Assembly (NCBI GenBank): GCA_965249555.1
Contig: OZ252243.1
Coordinates: forward strand, 1,184,001 to 1,248,000
Source of the DNA: Nitrosopumilus sp.
Lineage (GTDB): Archaea; Thermoproteota; Nitrososphaeria; Nitrososphaerales; Nitrosopumilaceae
DNA length: 64,000 bases
Direction: 5' to 3'
Part shown: one piece after another, positions 41,901-52,260 of the stretch
Layout of the letters: every line of letters starts with the position of its first letter
Position numbering within the stretch: the first letter of the stretch is position 1
The notes under the pieces: model-generated
Told to the model about the DNA's origin: nothing
Seen by the model: only the letters and a program-made list of their open reading frames with translations
Databases searched by the model: none
Translations under genes and position numbers: made by a program

Positions 41901-44070
41901 AGTTTACCCAGTACCATTTGGTGTATTTGGTGACTTTACTGACAATAATGCTGAATCTCCAGACGGTAGATCATTATTCCCAGTACATCAAACCGGTGTA
42001 AGTGGTGATAATGAATTACAAACAGGAGAAGCCCTTGTTAGCGGAGATCTAACTATTCACGTAAGAGTAAATGATCCAGACTTTGACATTAACCCAGCTG
42101 GTGTAGATTTCATAGCCGCAAATACCGCAACAACTAACGTAGGTCCTGTCAAAATCTCTGTTATCAGAAGTTCTGATGAGGTCGTACTCGGTTACGCAGG
42201 TGGTCCTGCAGCATTAGACGGCTTAATTGACGTCGGTGATGATGCAGCAACCTCAGCACGACAATTTGGTCCAATTGATGAAATTGCACCAAATTCAGGT
42301 ATTTACGAACTTGATCTCACTATCCGATACACTGACGGTCCAGCATCAGCAACATGCCCAAGTGGTTCAGAATATACGCCACTAGATGGCACTGCTGTTG
42401 CAGCAGATAACGAATCAGCAAGATTTGACGCTCCCTCAGACCCAGGTGAGAATTACTGTATCCTACAAGGAGATATTCTCCAAGTAGAATACACTGATCC
42501 TGCCGATGCATCAGGTGACGAAAATACTGTTACTGACTCTGCTACATTTGATCTAAGAAACGGTGTATTGCAATCCGACAAATCAGTTTACATTATCGGT
42601 TCCGACATGATCTTAACACTCATTGAGCCAGACTTTGATCTTGACAATGATGGTGCTGAGACCTATGACTTGGACTTGATCGAATGGGACTCTTCTGCAA
42701 AGACTACTACCATGGGAAACTCTGGTACTGACGCAGTAGCATTCGATCCAGAACCAACAGACTTCAGAGAAACAGGTGACAGTACTGGCATCTTCCAGAT
42801 TGTTATCGAGATTCCTGAAATTCTTAGTGGTAATAACCTTGAAAGAGGTGAAGAAATCATTCTAGAATATACTGATTGGGGTCCATCCGGATCTGACTAT
42901 GTAGGTGATGAAGATGAAGATGTAAACATTACATTATTCACTTCAAACTTCGGTGCAACTGTAAAGCTTGACCAAAAAGTTTACACATGGACTGATAAAG
43001 TCTACATTACCATTGTCGCTCCAGATCACAACTTTGACGGTGATCTAATTGACGAAATTGGAGACGGACGTGCAGACCCAATAAAGGTCTCTACTCGAGG
43101 ATTCGATCTTGACAATTATAAACTCGTTGAAACTGGAACCGACACAGGCATCTTCACCGGTGAAGTAATCCTTACTGGATTTACCTCACATGATGCAGAT
43201 GGCGATGGTGATGATAATGATGCCATAGGTATTACCTATCCATCCACTAACGGCGGTCCAACAGATGGACTATTAGCCACAGATGATGATGACGGACTTA
43301 CAGTATCCTTTGAATTCTCAGAGGATGAAACTGTAGTTGGTTCATCACTTATCAGATGGAATATAGGTGAAACTCAATGGTTAGAGGCAAGCTACCCAGC
43401 TAGCGGAACAGGTGTTGTAAGAATAATTGACCCAGATATGAACTTAAATCCAGAAGCAGTCGACAACTTCGATGTCGATGTGTTCTCTGACTCTGATGGT
43501 GGAGGTATTGACCTTACTGTAACTGAGACTAATGAGGAAACCGGAATATTCGAAGGTACTGTGTTCTTCACAACTACCGATGGATCATCTGGTCACAGAC
43601 TCAGAGTCGCAGAAGGTGATACTGTCACCGCAGAATATGAGGACAATACACTACCAGAACCGTACTCAACTGCAGATGAATTTAAAATCACTGCCACTAC
43701 GCTAATCGGCACTGTAGTACCACCTCTCGAGAGAGCACCAGTTGCTAACTTGAGAACCGTTGATGCATTCGGCAACAGCTTAGATTCTGTTTCCGTTGAC
43801 CAACAGGTACAAATCAGCGCTGACTTGGCAAATGGTCAGGATAGAGAGCAAGCATTTGCATACTTGGTACAGATTCAAGATGGTAACGGTGTTACAGTCT
43901 CACTGGCATGGATTAAAGGTGCACTTACAAGCGGTCAATCATTAAGCCCATCGGTATCATGGCTTCCAACTGAAGTAGGAACATATACTGTTACTGCATT
44001 CGTTTGGGAGTCTGTTGATAATCCAACGGCATTATCACCACCAGTTAGTACAACTGTCAACGTAAGATAA
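38956..44070 (+). CDS. slaA: S-layer protein SlaA
   Basis: 1704 aa, very acidic, signal peptide, repeated ETG.DTG.F.G Ig-like motifs, highly expressed codon usage. Confidence 0.88.
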   Translation: MNNELGRKITSLTLMTIMVAGGMTFAFPGFMPVAHAANPDLFVSAESSVFENYMSGPQVIEVIVSDPGLTDTDEAKGEPTVTVGGDELRMVQGTDGKWYAYFADRTQAFIADSTTEDVVNEGLNFGNFCGANSDIFSSVPNAILFSETSGVAIPVNQLVGATNGTDAQTALTDCTAFGPNLALHGTAAENVIREAEDVNTSISGNIGQIGLVNTDIWPFIQLYDINPTGNIDVFYDKGGDPQTVRLTFDTVDQLAATGLDKDRTIYPQGAEVHVTITDTWLNIDPTDEDSWTFGTLAGSASTNYQVFDESGGLAGANVVNGVIDISGELSTMMIGDNGILLVDLDAQSVEQDVLILQDNDDSRITCEMPQDASTCKIDGDSTAVISQPVTITESAPNSGVFETFDNGDTSIFAISDKAKQGTTGTIDYNASPVSIETDFSYGSVDIKAVDDEWNSGEEIPVEVVDADQNRNSRVDEDLIVSDPNITIIPALTTGDPFTLGEAGTGGINDIDQQALYVAWPGLTSFGNFTMLGTNNLNATATISVDSFSERALITNMTAVDNGDTNYTTALIIDLATKFSDLTSTITDETSFTGFNLLNVDLRSLSATRTYDVYLLNTTDTTDGIILNVVGLINGAKEIGATLLVDSVDAQSLTLLSSNANDAIFNGNTPGTNSIGLAIVTNNNKTISGNTLVDVNPIVVDFFSFGFSDDGVQASERIANQIIRIEVEESGDNTGVFVGSLEYVMVNQLNIMDKNTYLGIAPIADDPSFIVIEDLTDEDAPQVSYLDIDQEGEATTVSDREAAPSHSGVVSLNQDSYKIADTVIITLEDVDLNVDSSLTDVYTVVATNDADVDNDQVGKDVDSDLETFSFGSQGRLLDVTFDDAKWTDEDACNPGGFDGLADTGFTLKETGPATGVFEGSFLIQADWCRPDGKSDTTGIPETTTGLDIEVNYVDYRDASGEIIEVGDSAGVRANTGSVSLDRTVYPVPFGVFGDFTDNNAESPDGRSLFPVHQTGVSGDNELQTGEALVSGDLTIHVRVNDPDFDINPAGVDFIAANTATTNVGPVKISVIRSSDEVVLGYAGGPAALDGLIDVGDDAATSARQFGPIDEIAPNSGIYELDLTIRYTDGPASATCPSGSEYTPLDGTAVAADNESARFDAPSDPGENYCILQGDILQVEYTDPADASGDENTVTDSATFDLRNGVLQSDKSVYIIGSDMILTLIEPDFDLDNDGAETYDLDLIEWDSSAKTTTMGNSGTDAVAFDPEPTDFRETGDSTGIFQIVIEIPEILSGNNLERGEEIILEYTDWGPSGSDYVGDEDEDVNITLFTSNFGATVKLDQKVYTWTDKVYITIVAPDHNFDGDLIDEIGDGRADPIKVSTRGFDLDNYKLVETGTDTGIFTGEVILTGFTSHDADGDGDDNDAIGITYPSTNGGPTDGLLATDDDDGLTVSFEFSEDETVVGSSLIRWNIGETQWLEASYPASGTGVVRIIDPDMNLNPEAVDNFDVDVFSDSDGGGIDLTVTETNEETGIFEGTVFFTTTDGSSGHRLRVAEGDTVTAEYEDNTLPEPYSTADEFKITATTLIGTVVPPLERAPVANLRTVDAFGNSLDSVSVDQQVQISADLANGQDREQAFAYLVQIQDGNGVTVSLAWIKGALTSGQSLSPSVSWLPTEVGTYTVTAFVWESVDNPTALSPPVSTTVNVR

Positions 44071-44080
44071 AACTAGTTCA

Positions 44081-44104
44081 AACTTTCCCTTTTTTCTTTT
44101 TTTG
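44081..44104 (+). terminator. Oligo-T archaeal terminator after slaA
   Basis: CTTTCCCTTTTTTCTTTTTTTG. Confidence 0.55.
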
Positions 44105-44177
44105 AATCCCACTTAACGATAGTTATGGACAATTTTTCCAGAAGTAATATCTAGTAGACCATTAACAATTAATTAAA

Positions 44178-45152
44178 ATGAAATTGCAAATTTTATTTTC
44201 TGCATTGATGGTTCTTCTACTTGTAAATACTCCTAATTCATTTTCAGAACTTGAGTTATCTACCAACAGTAAGGTTTACTCTCCTGCACATAATTTACAA
44301 ATTTATGGGACTGGATTGCCTGAAGAAAACCTGATTATACGACTTTTTGCTCCTGATGAAACAATTGCAAAATTTGATCAAATTACTACCAAACCCGACG
44401 GTTCTTTTAATTATGGGCTGTTTATCTGGCCAGAACCTTCAACAAGCTTTCCATACGGAACATACACAGTTGAGGTAATTAGTACTGAACAGAATGGAGT
44501 TTCTAAAAAAATTGATGTAAAGTTCTCATCTACAACTGAACTGCTTGATGTAACTGTGGAAAGATTTGTGAATACTTTGGTCTTTGCACCTGAAACTGCA
44601 GCAAAGAATCAATCATTTCGAGTCTTTGTGCAAACAACTAGTGATGGTCTTTTAATTGGAAATGATCCCACTGAACTGCTGAGAACAACTCATGTCCATT
44701 TACCGTCCGGTCTTTCTGTTTCTTTGGCCAAGTCATTTAATGCATTACACCAAGGATTGTACTTTGTTGACTATACTGCAAGAGAAGAAGGAACACATGT
44801 CTTTCATGTTGTTGCTTTTAGTCAGGGAACGACATCTCATGGTTCTGCTGCAACAAACGTTCTAAGTCAAGATCTTGGCGGAATTTCTAATCAAATAATT
44901 AAGCTAAATTCTATTCTGGATGATACCTCAAGTGAGCTTGATAATCTGAAATCTGAAATTCAAGGATTTGATACTACTTTGGAGCATGCAAGTAGTCAAA
45001 TTGATGAAAATATTGGAACCATATCTGGTTCTGTCAAATCCATTAGTGAAGCTTCCTCTCAACTCAATGCATTGATGTTACCAATTATTGCATCTATTGG
45101 ACTTATTGTAGCCTTGCAGGTTACAATTCTTGCACGAAGAAGACAGTTATAA
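44178..45152 (+). CDS. SlaB-like S-layer anchor
   Basis: Signal peptide, beta domains, coiled coil, C-terminal TM plus RRR; directly after slaA. Confidence 0.65.
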   Translation: MKLQILFSALMVLLLVNTPNSFSELELSTNSKVYSPAHNLQIYGTGLPEENLIIRLFAPDETIAKFDQITTKPDGSFNYGLFIWPEPSTSFPYGTYTVEVISTEQNGVSKKIDVKFSSTTELLDVTVERFVNTLVFAPETAAKNQSFRVFVQTTSDGLLIGNDPTELLRTTHVHLPSGLSVSLAKSFNALHQGLYFVDYTAREEGTHVFHVVAFSQGTTSHGSAATNVLSQDLGGISNQIIKLNSILDDTSSELDNLKSEIQGFDTTLEHASSQIDENIGTISGSVKSISEASSQLNALMLPIIASIGLIVALQVTILARRRQL

Positions 45153-45180
45153 TAATGCTACAACAAAAGAAAATTTACTG

Positions 45181-48100
45181 ATGTCCAAAGTGGCGATCTT
45201 CTTTTCGATAATACTGCTTTCCACTGTGGCGACAAATTCCTACGCATTTGTTCCTGGTGATATGGTCTTTGAAGAAAGTATGCCAAAACAAATTGAATTT
45301 GATTCAGGTATTGTTCAAATTGATTCTGACTTTTTTGCCGAAAGTAATTTCAAGCGGTATCTAGTTTTTGGAACAAACTCACAAGATTCTGATCTCTTAA
45401 AAAACAGTTCTTTGCATGGAATTCATTCTGATAGCGGATTTTTTTATGTAACTGTACTTTCAGAGAAGAATGCATCAAGTCTAGTCTCTCAAGGATATGA
45501 TGTAATTGAAGATTTTCAATTGGATTTTCATTCCACTGATGACCTAGATGACGCATCTAGAATTGCTCAGATATCTCGCTCTGATATTGCACAAAAAAAC
45601 TATGGTGTTACAGGAAATGGGACAACAATTGCAATTATAGATACTGGCGTTGATTTTTCCAATCCGGACATTCAACATTCTCTTGCCAGAGATGAGAAAA
45701 ATCATCCTATAATGCTTGATCCTGACGGTCAAGGAATTGTTTTAACAAATGCAACTTTTTTTGCATATATTGATGAAAATGAAATTATCAGAAATTATAG
45801 TAAACCTATTCCATCTCACATGACATCCTCAGCATATGTAACAAAACAAGGAGTTTTTCTAGATGTGTCCCAAGGTGGAAAGGGAAGTCAAATCTCAATT
45901 TACAATTCATTTTTTCCACAACTAGGTTCTTCAATAATTTTTAATGGAACTTTGGCTGATGATATGAAAATTGGTGATGATAACAGAAATTATATCAAAT
46001 CAAAAAGTGGTGTGTATCATCTTGGTATAATTTATCAAGGTGCTACACAAGGACCTTTGGCACAAATACAAGTTGTACCTGTATTGGTAGTTGATTCATT
46101 CATTTCTGGAGTTTATGATACTATAATTCCTGATATGAGTACTTCGTGGGAAGATTATACCCGGTTTGATCTGGAAGCAGATCAAGAACCAGAGTATGAT
46201 TTTGATTTTACTGATGAGAAACCAATTGTGCTAGGTAGTGGAAAAGAATTTCTTGTGTATGATTCAAACAATGACGGAAAAAATGATTATAGCGCGGGAA
46301 CATTTGGCGCACAAGTTTTGGATGTTTATGGGGTAATGCAAAATAAGACTGCAGACATTGATGATACGTTAAATGCAATTAATGGAACATTACTTCCTAC
46401 GCTAGATCCTGATGGCGAATTTTTTGGTTTGATGACTGATTTTGTGGGACATGGCACGTCCAGTGCCGCATCTATTACTTCAAGAGGACATGAAGTTTAT
46501 GACATCTATAACAGTACTGAGAGATTTACCATAACTGGTGTAGCTCCTGGTGCAAAGATTCTTCCTGTAAAGGCATTGTGGTTTGGCGATACAGTTTATG
46601 GATGGTTGTGGTCTGCTGGATTTGATAATGCAAAACATGATTGGAAATTTTCAGGAAAGACCAGAGTTGATATAATTTCAAACAGCTGGGGCGTATCTGC
46701 ATTTCCTTCCTTTAGGACATCTCCTGGAATGGATGCCCTCTCATTGATTCTTAGCGTACTTGTAACACCTCATTCCTTGGATGATGATTATCCCGGAGTA
46801 ACAATAGTTTCTAGTGCTGGAAACACTGGACATGGGTATGGAACAATAGGATTGCCAAGTGCATCACCCTTTGGAATTTCAGTTGGAGCAACCACTAATA
46901 ATGTATTTGTGGGTTATGGCCCATTCAAAGATCAACCCAGATTTGGAAACACGATATCTCATTACAATGATGTAGTTGATTTCTCTAGTAGGGGCCCCAG
47001 CTCTATTGGTGATCCAAAACCTGATTTGATGAGCATAGGTGCGTATGGATTTGCTCCGTCAAGTGTCTTAAAAATTAAAAAAGATTCAAAGGATGAATCC
47101 TTTTCTCTGTTTGGCGGGACCAGCATGGCAGCACCTATCGTATCTGGCAGTGCGGCAATTTTGATGGAAGGTATGAAAAACCAATCCCAAAACATTGATC
47201 CATTCACAATCAAAAATATTCTAATGTCTACTGCAACTGATCTGAAAAACGATCCATTTACTCAAGGATCCGGATTAGTTGATGTCTCTTCAGCTTTGGA
47301 TTATGTGAATGGAAGAGACGGATTGTTTATGGTATATAATGATGCATCATACCAGAACATCAAAAAAATTCTAGATTCCGCAATAGATAACGTGAATTCA
47401 ACTGCAATCGGATTTGAAAAATTCCAATTGCCTTCTAATTCTATACCCATGACTAGTTGGTTTGCAGGGCAATTACTTCCAGGTGAGAGAAGCTCTGCTA
47501 CTTTTACTATAGTTAATCCCTCTGAAAATGAAATCAAAATTAATGTGGTGCCAAAAAAATTATCGTTAATTGCTAAAAATGAGTTTAACGGAGTAACTGC
47601 TGTACATCAACAAGATTCAATACTTAACAAATCTGGAACCTATATTCCAAATTATGTTAAACTTTCAGATGTAAAACCCCATTTTTCCCTGGATGAATTT
47701 TTTGATGAGACAGATCCCATTCCTGATGATTCCTCATTGATGATACTTGATGTAAATTTTCCATTTGATTCATTCATGAATGATACTTTGGGCGTCTATG
47801 CCAGTGATATCAAAATCTCTTCTTTGTATATTTACGACTGGCTTGACAATAATAATGATACAAAAATTTCAAGTGATGAATTGTCCTTAGTGAATAGAGC
47901 CGGCTCTTGGGGGACTGTTCAAGAACTTAGAGTCACTGATCCGAATGAAAAATTTGAAGGAACCCCCCTAGTTGGGGTATATCCCGTCCCGACAAGATTT
48001 TCTTACTGGTTGGGCGATACAAATATGAATTCTACCTCGATGGATTACACATTATCTGCAAGTTATTACCAAAAAGAAAAATGGTCTGTAATCTGGCCTC

Positions 48101-48966
48101 AATCTCAAACAGTTACTGTACCCCCAAAAGATGCTGCTACAATTGATGTAACATTGATTGCACCAACTGATCTGCAAACTGGAGTCTATCAGGGATTTCT
48201 TACTTTTGAAGGAGAGAAACATTTGGTAAATGCTCCGGTATCTTTTGTAATAAAACAATTAGTTGATCAAAATGATTCTTTTGTAATTGTCAAAGGCAAA
48301 CAAAGCAATGATGTTCTTTATGGTAATGGATACATCAAAGGCGCATTTGATATGGCTAGCCGCTATATGGCAGGAGATTGGAGACAATATTATTTTGACA
48401 TCCAAGATGAATCAATTAATTCAGCAGCGGTTGAACTTTCATGGATTGCCGATGATACTAATCTGGCTGTCTTTGTAATGGATCCATCCGGGCAAATCGT
48501 CCAAACAAATGTTCCATCTGGAGTATTTGGTCATTTTCTAGGATGGCCCTCTCTTGACTGGTTGGGTAATTCTATCTTTAGTCAAGGTGGTGGATTTTTT
48601 CCTGTAAAAAATAAGGATGATACATCCACTGTTCTCTATGTTCCAATCAACCAAACCGGCACTTACACTCTTTTGACACACTCTACGTTGTTTGGAGGAA
48701 ATTCCACAACAGAACCCATTACACTTGCAGTAAAATTTACAAACATCTCCCCCCAAACTGAACAAGCAGAGACAGAGTTTGAATCAGATGATTCTATTTT
48801 AGAGAATGACTATGACACAATTTCTAAAACAAAAACTACTTTTGATGATTCTTTTCCAATAAATAACTCTGATTCATCTTTCAGTCTTGGAATTGTTATT
48901 GGACTAGTTGTTGGTGCTGCGATCGGAGTTGTTATCATATTCATCATTAGAATAAAACCTAACTAA
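45181..48966 (+). CDS. Membrane-anchored S8 subtilisin-like protease
   Basis: IIDTGVD, GHGT, GGTSMAAP triad; C-terminal TM. Confidence 0.9.
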   Translation: MSKVAIFFSIILLSTVATNSYAFVPGDMVFEESMPKQIEFDSGIVQIDSDFFAESNFKRYLVFGTNSQDSDLLKNSSLHGIHSDSGFFYVTVLSEKNASSLVSQGYDVIEDFQLDFHSTDDLDDASRIAQISRSDIAQKNYGVTGNGTTIAIIDTGVDFSNPDIQHSLARDEKNHPIMLDPDGQGIVLTNATFFAYIDENEIIRNYSKPIPSHMTSSAYVTKQGVFLDVSQGGKGSQISIYNSFFPQLGSSIIFNGTLADDMKIGDDNRNYIKSKSGVYHLGIIYQGATQGPLAQIQVVPVLVVDSFISGVYDTIIPDMSTSWEDYTRFDLEADQEPEYDFDFTDEKPIVLGSGKEFLVYDSNNDGKNDYSAGTFGAQVLDVYGVMQNKTADIDDTLNAINGTLLPTLDPDGEFFGLMTDFVGHGTSSAASITSRGHEVYDIYNSTERFTITGVAPGAKILPVKALWFGDTVYGWLWSAGFDNAKHDWKFSGKTRVDIISNSWGVSAFPSFRTSPGMDALSLILSVLVTPHSLDDDYPGVTIVSSAGNTGHGYGTIGLPSASPFGISVGATTNNVFVGYGPFKDQPRFGNTISHYNDVVDFSSRGPSSIGDPKPDLMSIGAYGFAPSSVLKIKKDSKDESFSLFGGTSMAAPIVSGSAAILMEGMKNQSQNIDPFTIKNILMSTATDLKNDPFTQGSGLVDVSSALDYVNGRDGLFMVYNDASYQNIKKILDSAIDNVNSTAIGFEKFQLPSNSIPMTSWFAGQLLPGERSSATFTIVNPSENEIKINVVPKKLSLIAKNEFNGVTAVHQQDSILNKSGTYIPNYVKLSDVKPHFSLDEFFDETDPIPDDSSLMILDVNFPFDSFMNDTLGVYASDIKISSLYIYDWLDNNNDTKISSDELSLVNRAGSWGTVQELRVTDPNEKFEGTPLVGVYPVPTRFSYWLGDTNMNSTSMDYTLSASYYQKEKWSVIWPQSQTVTVPPKDAATIDVTLIAPTDLQTGVYQGFLTFEGEKHLVNAPVSFVIKQLVDQNDSFVIVKGKQSNDVLYGNGYIKGAFDMASRYMAGDWRQYYFDIQDESINSAAVELSWIADDTNLAVFVMDPSGQIVQTNVPSGVFGHFLGWPSLDWLGNSIFSQGGGFFPVKNKDDTSTVLYVPINQTGTYTLLTHSTLFGGNSTTEPITLAVKFTNISPQTEQAETEFESDDSILENDYDTISKTKTTFDDSFPINNSDSSFSLGIVIGLVVGAAIGVVIIFIIRIKPN

Positions 48967-49011
48967 TAGTTGAACAAGGTTTATAAGCAATTTGGCGAGT
49001 TAGTCAGCTGA

Positions 49012-49617
49012 ATGTCAGAGCTTGGGACAAAAAAGTCTGGCGGATTATCCAGAAGAGACTTTCTAAAGTTAATCGGCGCCGCAGGCACAGGTTTAGCGTT
49101 TGCTCCATTTATTCCGTTTGGTAATTTTATGCCAAACCCCAATCAGGCGTCCCTTGAAAAAGTACCAGTAATTTTACCTGATGGCACACATGCAAATATC
49201 AATACTTATCCGGTTAATTTTTCTGAAGTTATTACATATCCAGCTACTGGTGATCCTGCACTTGATGCAGAAGCATTTCGTAAATGGCAATTCATAAGAT
49301 TACCTGAAGAATTAGGTGGTGCAAAAAATGACCTATCTGCCCTCAGAATATACAGCATGATATGTCTTCATCTTTGGTGTTTGTGGAAATATTGGCCAGA
49401 TGAGGGAAGAAAGAGAGGTGAGTGTCCCTGTCATGGCAGTATGTATGATCCAACTACTGGAACAGCTTTTGTAGGCCCTGCATCAGTGCAAGCCCCGCCA
49501 TCTAACACTCTAGCTGAATTATATTTTGAATTTGACTCGGATGGATTTGTATATATCTTGCCGCCAAAGTTTGATGTAAATGCTAATGGAGTAATTGGAT
49601 ATGGCCGTTTCGCTTGA
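49012..49617 (+). CDS. petC: Rieske Fe-S protein of complex III
   Basis: Tat signal SRRDFLK; CLHL.C and CPCHGS. Confidence 0.9.
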   Translation: MSELGTKKSGGLSRRDFLKLIGAAGTGLAFAPFIPFGNFMPNPNQASLEKVPVILPDGTHANINTYPVNFSEVITYPATGDPALDAEAFRKWQFIRLPEELGGAKNDLSALRIYSMICLHLWCLWKYWPDEGRKRGECPCHGSMYDPTTGTAFVGPASVQAPPSNTLAELYFEFDSDGFVYILPPKFDVNANGVIGYGRFA

Positions 49618-51172
49618 AAGAAGAACCGGCCTAGTCGCCCTCATTTACTGGGTATGGGATGGGATAGATAGAACAATCTTTACTGCAATAAAGTTTTCAT
49701 TCCCTGCTAGATTTGTTAGTCCGTTTGGATTCTTGGGCATGCTTACCTTTGTTGTATTTATCATTCTTGGGGTTTCAGGAGCTCTGCTCATGTTTTATTA
49801 CCAACCCATTTTGGATAGGGCCTGGGATAGCGTCCAATTCATCAATGATGATGTTCCATTTGGTTTCCACATAAGAAACATTCACTATCATGGCTCCAAT
49901 GCAATGGTACTCTTGGCTGTTCTTCACATGTATTACCAATACTTTAGTGGACGATACAAGATCAGAAATGAGGTTTTATGGATGACTGGTGTCATTCTCG
50001 GCGTTGTTACTATTCTTGAAGCATTTACTGGATATGATGTTATATTTAGTGAAAGAGCAGAACTTGCAATTAGTATTGCGGCGTCTCTGACTACGTCAAT
50101 TCCTGTTGTCGGACCGACGATTCGCGATGCGGCACTTGGTAGTGGGTTCTCGGACTTTGTATTGAGATTCTATGCGCAACATGTGTTCTTGCTACCAATT
50201 GTAATGCTAGGATTGATGGCAGTTCATTTCCCAAGATTCTTGGTATTTGATGTTCCTATGGTTATGGCAATTTCTGGCGCTATTCTCATCACAGGTGGCG
50301 TGTTTCCAATTGATCTGGGATTCAAGTTTGAGCCGACAGTCCCGCCGGGTGTAACGGTTCCTGAATGGTATCTTACAGGAATTTATGCATTCATGAGGAC
50401 TCAATATGACAAGTTTGTAACAGGACTGCTGTGGCCGTTGGTATTTCTTGCCGCATTTATTGTTGTTCCGTTCATTGATAGATACAAAAAATTCTCATGG
50501 AGGGAAAGACCGATAGTTACAGCATTTGGAATTACCAGTATCGCTCAGATTATGGTTACCACATATTGGGGATTCTATATTTCACCTGATGTCTCAATTC
50601 CATTAGTAGAGCGTTTGGTAATTGATCCAATATTCTTCTATGCTACAATGATATTGCTGCTTCCACTGGGATTTGGATTCACATATATGATGATTAAACT
50701 TGCAAATGAGGCTGAAAGAAAATCAAAACTTGCAAAAAGTAAAGGTCCACAGAAAGTTGCCACAATCAACCTATCTGAAAAATGGATTAACTGGCTACTA
50801 ATTGCACTGTTGGCATTCCAAGTATTCCTAAACATTGCAGCATATAATGCAGCTTTGACAGGAATGAAGAACATGTCATTGTTCTTTGTTGGAATAATCT
50901 TGTTGGTATTTGCAGCATTCTTCCATGTTTACAGATATGCTTTGAGTGAGGAAAAGAATGCACCGCCACCTCCGCCAGTTCCAGTACAGGAAGAAAAACC
51001 AAGACTAGATGCACCCAAATCTGAACCAAGTAAGCTTCCAGATGACACTGCACAAGAAAAACCAAAAGAATTAACTCAAAAAGTTCCTACACAGACTCGG
51101 GCAGATTTGGGAGTTGGTGCAGAAAACAATCCTAATCTTGGTTCTGATGATCTTGAGGGATTGAAGAAATGA
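49601..51172 (+). CDS. petB: Cytochrome b
   Basis: RNIHYHG...LH, TGY, PEWY. Confidence 0.9.
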   Translation: MAVSLERRTGLVALIYWVWDGIDRTIFTAIKFSFPARFVSPFGFLGMLTFVVFIILGVSGALLMFYYQPILDRAWDSVQFINDDVPFGFHIRNIHYHGSNAMVLLAVLHMYYQYFSGRYKIRNEVLWMTGVILGVVTILEAFTGYDVIFSERAELAISIAASLTTSIPVVGPTIRDAALGSGFSDFVLRFYAQHVFLLPIVMLGLMAVHFPRFLVFDVPMVMAISGAILITGGVFPIDLGFKFEPTVPPGVTVPEWYLTGIYAFMRTQYDKFVTGLLWPLVFLAAFIVVPFIDRYKKFSWRERPIVTAFGITSIAQIMVTTYWGFYISPDVSIPLVERLVIDPIFFYATMILLLPLGFGFTYMMIKLANEAERKSKLAKSKGPQKVATINLSEKWINWLLIALLAFQVFLNIAAYNAALTGMKNMSLFFVGIILLVFAAFFHVYRYALSEEKNAPPPPPVPVQEEKPRLDAPKSEPSKLPDDTAQEKPKELTQKVPTQTRADLGVGAENNPNLGSDDLEGLKK

Positions 51173-51630
51173 GTGCACCTACATCAAGCCACGCGTATGG
51201 TATAGGAGTAATTGCACTAATCATCGGCATGTCAGTCTCCATAGTGTTTTACACTTCATTTTATATTCCTGAATCTCTGGCAAAGCCATCTGTATCTGAA
51301 CATATCCTAAATCCTGAAAAAGATCTTATCATTGAAATTGTTCCAGGTGCAGTAATTGAAGGAAACGAGAATTATGTTCCAAATAAAGCAAATGCGTTAT
51401 TGAATATTAATAACAAAGTAATTTGGAAAAATTTGGATGATACTCCCCACACTGTAACTCCTGATCATAGAGCATCTGATAGCTATAGTGGTGACTTTGG
51501 TTCTTCTGGTGTCCTAAAACCTGGTGAAGACTATGAATTCCTATTTACAGAGCCTCAAGAGATCCATTATCACTGTGAACCACATCCGTGGATGACTGGT
51601 TCTATCAATGTAGAAAAGAGTAGGTTCTAG
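51169..51630 (+). CDS. Membrane-anchored plastocyanin-like blue copper protein
   Basis: PHTVT...YHCEPHPWM type-1 Cu ligands intact. Confidence 0.9.
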   Translation: MSAPTSSHAYGIGVIALIIGMSVSIVFYTSFYIPESLAKPSVSEHILNPEKDLIIEIVPGAVIEGNENYVPNKANALLNINNKVIWKNLDDTPHTVTPDHRASDSYSGDFGSSGVLKPGEDYEFLFTEPQEIHYHCEPHPWMTGSINVEKSRF

Positions 51631-51977
51631 ATAGAATATTTTGCAAAAATTATTTGACTTTCAATTTCTTTGTGTTGCTCAATAATTGACACTCTAAATT
51701 TTATTTCATGTTCTTGTTTTGGTTCAAATTTTATTAATGCAATAAATTCTGCCTTGTTTTCAGGCATCACATCTTTGTTAATAAATAATCTTGAGACATT
51801 TTGTGAAATATTTTTTCCATTATATGATTTGTATGTTATGTGTTCATTTGAATCCAAAATTTGAGTATTTATCACAACTCCATCATATCTTCCAGGATAT
51901 GAAACAGAAATTGCCCCCTTAATTTCGGAATTTGGGTGAATGTCAGTTGAATTTAGTTTGAATTCTATATCTTTCAC
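51627..51977 (-). CDS. Hypothetical protein
   Basis: 116-aa ORF convergent with the cupredoxin gene. Confidence 0.65.
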   Translation of the reverse strand: MKDIEFKLNSTDIHPNSEIKGAISVSYPGRYDGVVINTQILDSNEHITYKSYNGKNISQNVSRLFINKDVMPENKAEFIALIKFEPKQEHEIKFRVSIIEQHKEIESQIIFAKYSI

Positions 51978-52018
51978 GAAAACATCATCTCCAAGTCAGA
52001 ATAAATAATTTTGTTAAG

Positions 52019-52034
52019 CGAGCCCGAAGGGCTT
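52019..52034 (-). repeat. Candidate att site: isolated tRNA 3' end
   Basis: Reverse complement AAG-CCCTT-CGGGCTC-G fits T-loop end, T-stem, acceptor strand and discriminator; lies at the core/island boundary. Confidence 0.5.
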
Positions 52035-52200
52035 TTGAGCATTTTTATGAAAAGTCCCGGATTTCATTAATTTCAAACAATTACGATATTGGTATATTTC
52101 AAATATTAAAGAATATCTGCATCCGGTTCTGTTAACTTGACGGAGCTTGGATCATAATCTTTACACTGTTCAATCTTAGGATGTTTTCAACCAATCTCAA

Positions 52201-52242
52201 AGAGTGTTCATTTAGGGTGCTAGAGTGTTAAGTTAGGGTGCT
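52201..52242. repeat. 21-bp tandem direct repeat (candidate integrase arm sites)
   Basis: AGAGTGTTCATTTAGGGTGCT / AGAGTGTTAAGTTAGGGTGCT. Confidence 0.75.
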
Positions 52243-52260
52243 GTAAATGGTAGTTTATGT

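Noticed and set aside
38956-44070. Higher GC and many antisense ORFs in slaA as horizontal transfer or overlapping genes
   Set aside because: Explained by the codon bias of a highly expressed gene; the antisense ORFs are shadows.
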